This document shows, piece after piece, positions 49,015-57,200 of a stretch of 64,000 nucleotides of DNA. This DNA comes from an uncultured Sphingobacteriales bacterium. Lineage in GTDB: Bacteria; Bacteroidota; Bacteroidia; CAILMK01; CAYYUA01. Positions within the stretch are counted from its first letter, which is position 1. Every line of letters starts with the position of its first letter. The notes under the pieces are model-generated. The model was given only the letters and a program-made list of their open reading frames with translations. It was not told the DNA's origin and ran no database searches. Made by a program: the position numbers and the translations under genes. Location of the stretch: NCBI GenBank assembly GCA_964542585.1, contig CAZIUI010000001.1, forward strand, positions 16,824-80,823. The letters are read 5' to 3'.

Positions 49015-50449
49015 CTACTTGGCTTTGCTTCCCATTCTTGTAACTACTGCAGGAGCATTGTTAATCATGTTGCTCACTGCCTTCTACCGCTCTCATGGGT
49101 TGGTCGCCACTTCCTGTGCTGTTCTATTTGGTGGAGCTTTTATATCAGTGATAGGATCCAATAGTGTAGCTCCACAAGCTATTAGTAGCCACTTAGTCGG
49201 GGAAGGTATTGCTTTACTAAAAATTAATGGCTTCACGCTTATATATAGTGCAATTATACTAGGATGTAGCTTAACGGTAACCATGCTGTCATTTGGCTAT
49301 TTAGAGCAGTATTCGGAGCAAAAAGAGGAATATTACATTCTACTGCTCATAGCCACTTTAGGAGCATTGGTTTTGGCAACAGCCAATCACTTTATCGCCC
49401 TGTTTCTAGGATTGGAAGTCCTTAGCGTGGCATTGTATGTTTTAATTGCTTATTTAAGGCATAAAGGGGCTGCACTTGAAGCGGCTACAAAATACCTGGT
49501 GATGGCATCCGTTTCATCTGCATTATTGTTATTTGGGATGGCTTTGATTTACAACGTTCTGGGAACCATGGAATTTAGTCTGATAGCTTCCCGGCTTGAT
49601 GGTTTAAGTTCCCTGGATCCGCTTTTTATTGGAGGATTGGCCATCATGATTGTGGGTATTGGTTTCAAATTAGCCCTGGTTCCTTTTCATCTGTGGACCG
49701 CAGACGTTTATCAGGGAGCACCAGCCCCCGTTACGGCCCTTATTGCTACCATATCAAAAGGAAGCATGTTTGCTGTCCTGTTACGCTTTTACATGGAAAT
49801 TGATGGAGGGGCCTACGCCAGTTTAATAACAATATTTAGCGTCATTGCTATTGCTTCTATGTTATTAGGAAATATCCTGGCGCTCTTGCAAAATAATGTA
49901 AAACGCGTGCTAGCATTTTCCTCAATTGCCCATCTTGGGTATGTTTTAGTGGCCTTTCTTGCCAGTACCCAGTTAGGAGCAAAAGCGGCTACGTTTTATT
50001 TGATCGCTTACTTTATTACAACGCTCGGCAGTTTTGGTGTAATTGCTGTAATGTCAAGCGGTGAAACCGATGCAGAAGATATAAGTAATTATGAGGGTTT
50101 ATTCTGGACCCGCCCTTTGCTGGCCCTCGTATTTACTGCAATGCTCCTTTCATTGGCAGGTATACCTTTGACTGCAGGCTTTATTGGAAAGTATTACGTT
50201 TTAACATCCGGTATCGATTCCAATCTTTGGTATTTGGTTTTAACGCTTATTATAAGCAGTATCATAGGGCTATACTATTACCTCCGTATTGTTGCTACCA
50301 TGTTTAAACCTGAACCAGAAGCCAATACTTTAAAACCGCATTTCAATGTTTTCAATACTTTGGCGCTTGCCATTTTAGGCGTATTGGTAGTTTGGTATGG
50401 AGTCTATCCTACTGGGATGCTTAGCCTTATTAATGGTATGATGGGCTAA
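49001..50449 (+). CDS. nuoN: NADH-quinone oxidoreductase subunit N
   Basis: Antiporter-like subunit. FKLALVPFHLWTADVYQGAPAPVTA. 14-nt overlap with nuoM. Confidence 0.9.
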   Translation: MTPTDYLALLPILVTTAGALLIMLLTAFYRSHGLVATSCAVLFGGAFISVIGSNSVAPQAISSHLVGEGIALLKINGFTLIYSAIILGCSLTVTMLSFGYLEQYSEQKEEYYILLLIATLGALVLATANHFIALFLGLEVLSVALYVLIAYLRHKGAALEAATKYLVMASVSSALLLFGMALIYNVLGTMEFSLIASRLDGLSSLDPLFIGGLAIMIVGIGFKLALVPFHLWTADVYQGAPAPVTALIATISKGSMFAVLLRFYMEIDGGAYASLITIFSVIAIASMLLGNILALLQNNVKRVLAFSSIAHLGYVLVAFLASTQLGAKAATFYLIAYFITTLGSFGVIAVMSSGETDAEDISNYEGLFWTRPLLALVFTAMLLSLAGIPLTAGFIGKYYVLTSGIDSNLWYLVLTLIISSIIGLYYYLRIVATMFKPEPEANTLKPHFNVFNTLALAILGVLVVWYGVYPTGMLSLINGMMG

Positions 50450-51488
50450 TAAAGAGGCTAAGTAGTGTTTGCTTTCCTTGCTCACTAGGGTGATAGGGAA
50501 ACCAAGATATTTCGGACCTAGGTTAGTCAACTTCCCATTATAAACCTTAGAGTTAGGGCTTCAAGCATTAAGAACCGTAGGTGCGAGTGTGGTATTTTAA
50601 GGGCCAATTATTGATGCTTTTATTCTTAACAATTCTTATTCCTTTAAAAAGATTCAAGTTTTTTAGTTAAAAATTAGGGATACCTATACGTTCGTTCTTT
50701 GCTTAGCCCAAAATTTCTGAAGGAAAATTAACTGACCGCTTTTAACATTAAGATGATCTAGCTTAATTCGGTAGATTACTCTAATTGGTGATAACAAAGG
50801 CGAGAAGTAAAGAAGAAGATCGATTTACTAAGAACAAAAAAGTTTTTTTGAACAAAATTCCTAAAAGCTTTAAGATGGTTGTTGAAGCGTTTGTGGTGGA
50901 TATGCTTAAAATTCTTTTAGCTAAAGGAAGGCTTTTCAAAAATACTTTTGAAACTCCTTGCAGGGTTAGGTAGCATACTGCTTTTATCCACTCAATCCAG
51001 GCAGGGGTGTATCAAAAGTTGCTTTAAGCTTTTTTATAAAAAGCACCAATAATTTCCGCTCGAGCACAAGAGCTGTTTAAACCCAGGCTCGCTTTTTAAC
51101 GCTGCCACAATAAATGGTATCTCTTGACTTGCATGTATTTCTAAGCAATTATATGATTTTGGAAAGTAATCATTTCTTAATCGAGGCCAAGAATAGGTCG
51201 GATAGCGCCAGCCTTCCAGTCCCATCGGTGCGCAAGCATGCTCAAGTTCGGGTTCTATTATGCCCTATGCCGAAAATATCCTGCTTTTTGAGCTAGGATA
51301 AATTCTCATGTAATTGAAAAACACCTTTGATTTTACCTTATATATAAAATTAAGCTTTTTTAAAAAAATTTATAGTAATAAAAATAAATTTCTTTAAAAC
51401 ACAAAATTTTAATATAATAATAACAATATTTAAGAAAGATTCGAGGATAACTATTTTAAAATTATATTGTAGTAAAAAAATCCGTTTG

Positions 51489-51525
51489 AAAAAATTAGAA
51501 GCAAAGGGGATAATTCCCCTTTGCT
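51489..51525 (-). terminator. Rho-independent terminator of the rhodopsin gene
   Basis: agcaaagggga-taat-tcccctttgct forms an 11-bp perfect stem starting 19 nt after the stop at 51544. On the minus strand it is followed by ttctaatttttt. Confidence 0.75.
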
Positions 51526-51543
51526 TAAAAGGAAGTGTAACAA

Positions 51544-52332
51544 TTATGCAGCTTGCGCCTCAGATTCTGAGTAATTCTGCAATGTCCTTTCCCTGGCAAT
51601 GGCAAAAATCATTAAGCCATACCCAGCTTTAGCGGTAATATCCGCAAAACTGTAACCAACTTGCACGAAAACTTCACTACCTGCACCTGAAAGGCCGAAG
51701 AATGGGCCCATGTAAGCAATGGGATAAAAACCCCAAACAAGCACTGTCAGCAGTAAAATGTTACGGACAAGAATCCTCACACGGCCAGATTCTTCCTTAG
51801 CAGTACCCCAGATTTCCTGAACCAACTTCACAAGAATGATCACAAAGAAAATCGTAGAAATGAAACCCCAAAGACCACGAGTTGAGAACATGGAAGTAGA
51901 AGTCTTGTCTACTTCACCAAAGTAGCCCGTAAGAAGCATCAAAACGGCTGAAATAGAAAGTACTGTGATCAGGTTTCGCGACTTCTCTTTTGATAAGTTC
52001 ATTACTTGAACCAGCTCCACAAGAAGCAAGGGTACGGTAATAAGCCAATCTACGTACCGGTAGGCATCATTGAAAGGCTTGCCTGATGGTACATACATAC
52101 CACCTTCTAATTCAAAAGCAGCCTCCCATGAGAAGTTGATGCGGAAATAGTGGTAGGCAGCAATACCAACCACTAAAGCGGAGGTTACCAGGGCCTTTCG
52201 GTACTCGGGAGCAACAAAATTTCTCCCTAGGATAAAAAAGGCGCCGGACCCCAGAAAAGCAGCAATGGTCAACGACATGGCGTTGTAAACCAAGCTGTAC
52301 TGACCTGCGGTGAGTTCTGGTAGTTGTTCCAT
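51544..52332 (-). CDS. Microbial type-1 rhodopsin, xanthorhodopsin-like light-driven proton pump (DTE motif)
   Basis: 262 aa, 7 TM. Helix C RYVDWLITVPLLLVEL gives D95/T99/E106. H61 lies in AAYHYFR. Helix G FADITAKAGYG gives D231 and the Schiff-base K235. LPELTAGQYSLVYN, FNDAYRYVDW, TRGLWGFISTI and WGFYPIAYM match my memory of Salinibacter xanthorhodopsin. Confidence 0.9.
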   Translation of the reverse strand: MEQLPELTAGQYSLVYNAMSLTIAAFLGSGAFFILGRNFVAPEYRKALVTSALVVGIAAYHYFRINFSWEAAFELEGGMYVPSGKPFNDAYRYVDWLITVPLLLVELVQVMNLSKEKSRNLITVLSISAVLMLLTGYFGEVDKTSTSMFSTRGLWGFISTIFFVIILVKLVQEIWGTAKEESGRVRILVRNILLLTVLVWGFYPIAYMGPFFGLSGAGSEVFVQVGYSFADITAKAGYGLMIFAIARERTLQNYSESEAQAA

Positions 52333-52364
52333 ACTTGGGTTTTTAGGTGTTACAATGTTGTGGT

Positions 52365-52372
52365 CAAATATA
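52365..52372 (-). promoter_or_regulatory. Candidate Bacteroidota -7 promoter box for the rhodopsin gene
   Basis: The minus strand reads TATATTTG, a perfect TAnnTTTG, 33 nt upstream of the ATG at 52332. No clear -33 TTG. Confidence 0.4.
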
Positions 52373-52754
52373 AAAGCTTGTTTGAGAATCTGGTAATCTT
52401 TTTAAACAAATTTTTTTGTGGGTAGACAATTAGACCAAACCTTTTTTCGAAAACATGTGTGCTAAAACCATTTATTTTGCTAACTTAAGTTCATTCGAAA
52501 AATCAAAACTTTAACATTAGTTTTTACCCTAAAAAGTATCTTAAAAGTAGTATTTACAATGTTGCTAACTAATTTATAACTAAAACTAGGAAGCGAACAA
52601 CTTTTAACGAATTTGTACCGGTTGTGTTTGTTTAAATTTTTCATCCTAATTTTAAACAAAAAAATTACAACTTGAGAATTTTTATTAAATGAGAATTAAA
52701 GTATCTTACGGAATTTCAAAGGATTTTTATTACAAAAAGACAAAAACTAACCAG

Positions 52755-52779
52755 TAAATGTTTGATAGCCAAACATTTA
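52755..52779. promoter_or_regulatory. Perfect 10-bp inverted repeat (operator-like) upstream of the 8-TM gene
   Basis: TAAATGTTTG-atagc-CAAACATTTA ends 47 nt upstream of the ATG at 52826. Confidence 0.35.
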
Positions 52780-52825
52780 AAAACCTTGGTTTTGTTTAAG
52801 TTTTCTTTCCATCTAAATAAACAGT

Positions 52826-53728
52826 ATGCAGCAATTTGATAACCTTTTTACACGCCTTCAAAAAATGTTACTTTCAGAAGAAGTGCGTGATTGGAGCGAG
52901 CGCGTGATTATTTTCATAGCTATTATTGGGTTTCTTATCCACCTTTTGTTGATTCTCCTAGCCCACTTCAGCTTTCTAGATTTGGGTGCCCATCCCCTGT
53001 TAAAAGATTACAATTCAGCCATTTATACCCCTTTTTCTTTTATTCTCATTTATGAAGTATATTTACTTGTTTACCACTTGCCTCTATCCATTTCCAACTA
53101 CATTGCTAAACAGTATGAGATTGTAACGCTGATTATTATCAGGCGCATTTTCAAAGACATTTCAGAACTAAAGCTGACCTTAAATTGGTTTGAAAATAAA
53201 GCTGATTTGCAGTTTTCTCTGGACATCGTAACGACCCTATTTTTATTTTTCCTTATTTACTTGTTCTACAAGTTGGTACCTAAACAAGACGGCCGTTCGC
53301 AATTTGAGACGCCTTCCCTCAAAATACAACGATTTATCAATATCAAACGAATTATCAGCATTTCGCTAGTTCCGGTTGTTGCCGGCTTAGCGATTTACAG
53401 CTTTGCAGAATGGTTCCTTGGTACCATTGGGTCTGCTGGTTTTGTAGGTCGCGTACCGATGTTAAAAAACGTTTTTTTTGATGATTTTTTCACCTTATTG
53501 ATCTTAGTAGATGTGCTGCTTTTACTCATTTCATTCTTTGGAACTGAAGATTTTAGTAAAGTTATCCGCAATTCAGGCTTTGTGATATCTACCATCCTTA
53601 TCAAGCTTTCGTTTAGTACTGGAGGTATTATGAACGTTAGTTTGGTACTCCTGGGTGTTCTTTTTGGGGTTGGGATCCTTTGGGTTCACAACCAATACGA
53701 AAAACTGGAGTTACCACGTGAGTTTTAA
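52826..53728 (+). CDS. Uncharacterised integral membrane protein, ~8 TM with 4+4 internal duplication
   Basis: 300 aa. Its two halves align helix by helix (FSFILIYEVYLLVY / FFTLLILVDVLLLLI; YEIVTLIIIRRIF / GFVISTILIKLSF). No catalytic or channel signature recognised. Confidence 0.6.
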   Translation: MQQFDNLFTRLQKMLLSEEVRDWSERVIIFIAIIGFLIHLLLILLAHFSFLDLGAHPLLKDYNSAIYTPFSFILIYEVYLLVYHLPLSISNYIAKQYEIVTLIIIRRIFKDISELKLTLNWFENKADLQFSLDIVTTLFLFFLIYLFYKLVPKQDGRSQFETPSLKIQRFINIKRIISISLVPVVAGLAIYSFAEWFLGTIGSAGFVGRVPMLKNVFFDDFFTLLILVDVLLLLISFFGTEDFSKVIRNSGFVISTILIKLSFSTGGIMNVSLVLLGVLFGVGILWVHNQYEKLELPREF

Positions 53729-53783
53729 AAGGTGGTTTTAACTTTATAAATTGCTATCTTAAATAATCAAAACCATTAGTAAA

Positions 53784-54281
53784 ATGCAACCTGAAAAATC
53801 ATATTTTTTTAAAAAGCAATTACCCGAATTACTAAGGCAACTAAATCCTAATCAAAAGCCCGAATGGGGCGTACTGAATCCCCAAGCTATGGTTGAGCAC
53901 CTTTCAAGTTCCTGGTACATTAGTAATGGAAGGGCATGGGTAGACCAAAAAACAACGGATACGGAAGCGGAGCAGTACCGGATGGTCTTGGATAGTGATG
54001 AGCCAATGCCTCCCAATACCAAAAATCCTGGTATGCCTGAGGGAGAGTCTCCCGCAATTCGGAAACCAGACTTAGCCTCCGCTATTGAGATGCTAGAAGA
54101 TGAAATTCAACAATTTTTTAAATACTTTGAGCAGAACCCTAATGCTCGCCCTGCTCATCCTTTATTTGGTCCTTTAAGTTATTATCAGTGGCTTCAATTC
54201 CAAACCATGCACATTAAGCACCACCTCCGTCAATTCAATTTGATAAGCGATGAAACAGCCTTTTTAAGTCAATATGACTAG
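53784..54281 (+). CDS. DUF1569 / DinB-superfamily protein
   Basis: The C-terminal HPLFGPLSYYQWLQFQTMHIKHHLRQFNL is typical of DUF1569. Confidence 0.6.
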   Translation: MQPEKSYFFKKQLPELLRQLNPNQKPEWGVLNPQAMVEHLSSSWYISNGRAWVDQKTTDTEAEQYRMVLDSDEPMPPNTKNPGMPEGESPAIRKPDLASAIEMLEDEIQQFFKYFEQNPNARPAHPLFGPLSYYQWLQFQTMHIKHHLRQFNLISDETAFLSQYD

Positions 54282-55144
54282 CTGCTCAAGTTGTTTAGCA
54301 CTAGCTTGATTATTTGATCCATGGCTTTATTGTGGTCTTGCAGGTAGGTATTAGTTGAACGGTTAGCAAGGGCTAAACACACAGTGATAGCCTCATGTCC
54401 TAGACCTTTGGCTAGCGCATACAGGGCTGAGGATTCCATTTCAAGGTTTTGGACTTTCAGATCCCTCCATTGAAAAGTTGCAAAAATGGGTATGAAATTT
54501 TGTGCCGGCTTTAAACGGATTGCGCGCCCTTGGGGACCGTAAAAACCTGGGCATGTGAGGGTTAAACCTGATGTGCTAAAGGAACTTAAATATTCAAATA
54601 ATGTGGGGGAAGCAGCAGTAGCATTGAATGGTAGGCTTATACCATTCTTGTCCAAATGCATGTACAGGCGTTCTTTTAGATCAGTCTCATCAGGTGTTTC
54701 AGAAAGGTCGTAAAACATTTTAATGTTATCCAGGCCTATAGCGTACCTGCTTAACACTGCTGTTCCGGGAGTAATTGATGGCTGTAAGGCTCCACAAGTG
54801 CCCAGACGAACAAGGTTCAAAGGCTGAAGCGGTCCCTCACGCTTATTAGGCATAGCCTTCACCAAGGCATCCAGTTCATTCACAACAATGTCAATATTAT
54901 CCGGCCCAATACCGGTACTTAAGACTGATAAAGGCAAGCCTTTGTAATGGCCCGTGTGCGTGAGAAATTCCCTGTTTTCCTGTTTGACATCAACATTGTC
55001 AAAAAATTGGCTGACCTGGTAGACGCGCCCCGGGTCACCTACAAGTAAAATTGTGGAAGCTATCTCATCAGGATGGAGGTTGAGGTGGTAAATACGTCCA
55101 TCACTATGCTGTAATAACTCAGAAGAAGATTGTGTTTCCGCCAT
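54278..55144 (-). CDS. Nucleoside phosphorylase (PNP/UDP family 1)
   Basis: ILLVGDPGRV, REF..HTG.YKG.PLSVLSTGIG, and EMESSALY near the C-terminus. Confidence 0.7.
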   Translation of the reverse strand: MAETQSSSELLQHSDGRIYHLNLHPDEIASTILLVGDPGRVYQVSQFFDNVDVKQENREFLTHTGHYKGLPLSVLSTGIGPDNIDIVVNELDALVKAMPNKREGPLQPLNLVRLGTCGALQPSITPGTAVLSRYAIGLDNIKMFYDLSETPDETDLKERLYMHLDKNGISLPFNATAASPTLFEYLSSFSTSGLTLTCPGFYGPQGRAIRLKPAQNFIPIFATFQWRDLKVQNLEMESSALYALAKGLGHEAITVCLALANRSTNTYLQDHNKAMDQIIKLVLNNLSS

Positions 55145-55234
55145 AAATGGCCATTAATAATGTAGGCTTATGAAATTTTTACCTTTGAATTGTGCAAAGG
55201 CTAAGGGATGTTCCAAAAATAAAAAACCTATACC

Positions 55235-56161
55235 ATGGATTTCTCCGATTTTAAAAACACGATGTTAGTTCCTATTGATTTCACAGACGATGCCTTGGTT
55301 GCGCTGGATCATGCTGGCGGTATTGCTCATGCATTAGAAGATGATAACCACAAGGTTACTTTGCTCTATGTAGCAGAAAGTGGCGACCTTGATCATCCAT
55401 ATCTGGAAGGAAATCCCTTACCGGAAAACCTTAACAAATCTTTTTTAGTAGAAGGAATTATTAATCGGCTTGAGCACCTTAAAAACGAGCGCCTAAAGAA
55501 TATAAACGCTATCGTCAGCTACGCTATTACAAGTGGCAAGGTATACCGTGAAGTATCGGAGATGGCGGATAAGATGAAGGCTGACTCTATTGTTATGGGC
55601 ACAAAAGGCTCACCGAGCAGTTCGGCATTTTTGGGTAGTAATGCTTCACGCGTTGTTCAAACAGCCCCATGCCCGGTAGTAGTCGTTCGCGAACGGGGTT
55701 ATGAGAAAGGTTACCAGAACATTGTGCTTCCATTGGATCTAACAAAAGAAACCAAACAAAAGGTGGATTGGGCTATTAAAGTTGGCCAGTATTACAATGC
55801 TAAGGTGCATATCTTTTCTGTATCCCAAGATGACGAGTATTTGCGAAACCGTATTAAGAACAACATAAACCAAGTAGAAGAGATCCTGAACAACAACAAC
55901 CTAGAAACAACCGCTACTACGGTTACTGAAATTAACGGTAATTTTGCTCAGGCAACGCTTGATTTTGCGGAGGAAAAAGGGGCTGATTTGATCATGATTA
56001 TGAGCCAACAGGAGCGCTCACTTACTGAGTATATTTTTGGTTCTTATGCTCAGCAAATTGTGGGTCGCTCCCATATCCCTGTCATGTGTATCAATCCGAA
56101 AACGAATATTCACGGTTTTTATGAGTCAGGATCACCACACACCGCTTTCCCCTCGGGTTAG
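55235..56161 (+). CDS. Tandem universal stress protein (two UspA domains)
   Basis: Two ~145-aa halves. The first has the ATP-binding-type motif MGTKGS...LGSNASRVV and the second ends in GSYAQQIV. Confidence 0.75.
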   Translation: MDFSDFKNTMLVPIDFTDDALVALDHAGGIAHALEDDNHKVTLLYVAESGDLDHPYLEGNPLPENLNKSFLVEGIINRLEHLKNERLKNINAIVSYAITSGKVYREVSEMADKMKADSIVMGTKGSPSSSAFLGSNASRVVQTAPCPVVVVRERGYEKGYQNIVLPLDLTKETKQKVDWAIKVGQYYNAKVHIFSVSQDDEYLRNRIKNNINQVEEILNNNNLETTATTVTEINGNFAQATLDFAEEKGADLIMIMSQQERSLTEYIFGSYAQQIVGRSHIPVMCINPKTNIHGFYESGSPHTAFPSG

Positions 56162-56166
56162 CAATA

Positions 56167-57114
56167 CTACGATGTAACATTTTTGTTTTTAGATTTGGGG
56201 TAATAGCCGGTCCCATCATAAGGGCGCCTCAGGGGGTGCTCACGGCATTCCTCTGAGCAGCAGCCTTCCCATTCCCATCCGCATTCTTCGCATATAACCA
56301 CCTTTTGGTGACAAGCTGAATTGGCACAGTTGATCATCCTGGCGCTTAGTTTTCCGCAATGAACACACGTAGAGGTGTGAGAAGGGTTAACTTGGTTAAC
56401 ATCAATTACAACCCTTTCGTCAAATACATAGCATTTGCCTTCAAAATCTTCTCCTTTTTCTTTTTGAGCGTAGTTTAATATCCCCCCTTCCAGCTGGTAT
56501 ACTTCATTAAACCCTTGGGCCTTGAGCATTGCTGTGGCCTTTTCACATTTAATGCCTCCAGTGCAGTAGGTAAGGATTTTTTGTTCTTTATAATTTGCTA
56601 GTTCATCCATGTGATCCGATAATTCCCGGAAAGTACGTATCGGAAAAGTCACGGCATTTTTGAAATGACCGATGGTGGTTTCATAATCCGACCTGACGTC
56701 TAGTACCACAACATCGGAGCGATCCTTCATAGCTTTAAACTCGGATGGGGTTAAATGCCTTCCTGTCTGTTTAAGTGGCGACTGGTCCCGGGTAGCTTGT
56801 AAGGCGGAATTAACAATTTCATGCTTATGCTTAACCCTGATTTTGTGTAAGTAGGGTTGATCAGTTGAAGCCACCTTGAAATGAATATCCCTAAACTCCG
56901 GGGATTTCAACAACGTTTCTCGATACTGCCGACATTGGTAAGCAGCCCCTGAAATGACCCCGTTGATACCTTCTTCGGCAATAATGATTCTTGCGGCCAA
57001 CCCTAGTCTGTTACAAAGGCCTTTTTGATGCTCTACATGATCCTTGGGGCTATCTAGGGGGATATACTTGTAAAAGGAGAATACTTCAAAGTTGTTTAAA
57101 CTTTGATCAAACAT
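56167..57114 (-). CDS. trhO: Rhodanese-domain tRNA uridine(34) hydroxylase (YceA/TrhO family)
   Basis: UPF0176 N-terminal domain, rhodanese loop YCTGGIKCEKA, and a C-terminal Cys-rich tail (CVHCGK...CANSACH...CEEC). Confidence 0.8.
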   Translation of the reverse strand: MFDQSLNNFEVFSFYKYIPLDSPKDHVEHQKGLCNRLGLAARIIIAEEGINGVISGAAYQCRQYRETLLKSPEFRDIHFKVASTDQPYLHKIRVKHKHEIVNSALQATRDQSPLKQTGRHLTPSEFKAMKDRSDVVVLDVRSDYETTIGHFKNAVTFPIRTFRELSDHMDELANYKEQKILTYCTGGIKCEKATAMLKAQGFNEVYQLEGGILNYAQKEKGEDFEGKCYVFDERVVIDVNQVNPSHTSTCVHCGKLSARMINCANSACHQKVVICEECGWEWEGCCSEECREHPLRRPYDGTGYYPKSKNKNVTS

Positions 57115-57200
57115 GATTGGCGCTTTTAACGCAAAGTTAAAAAGCGCTAAACAACATTTAACGAATCATCCTTGCCAGCTTAAATCCGATTGATAAAAGG

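Noticed and set aside
52826-53728. Considered whether the membrane protein next to the rhodopsin is the Brp/Blh beta-carotene 15,15'-dioxygenase, which has similar length and multi-TM topology.
   Set aside because: It lacks the conserved histidine motifs (HGA.D, HFG..D and so on) that I remember for Blh and has only a few scattered His residues. It shows a 4+4 repeat layout instead, so it is kept as unknown.
54278-54281. The convergent DUF1569 and nucleoside phosphorylase genes share a palindromic CTAG, so their stop codons overlap.
   Set aside because: A curiosity of compact genomes with no functional implication that I can support.
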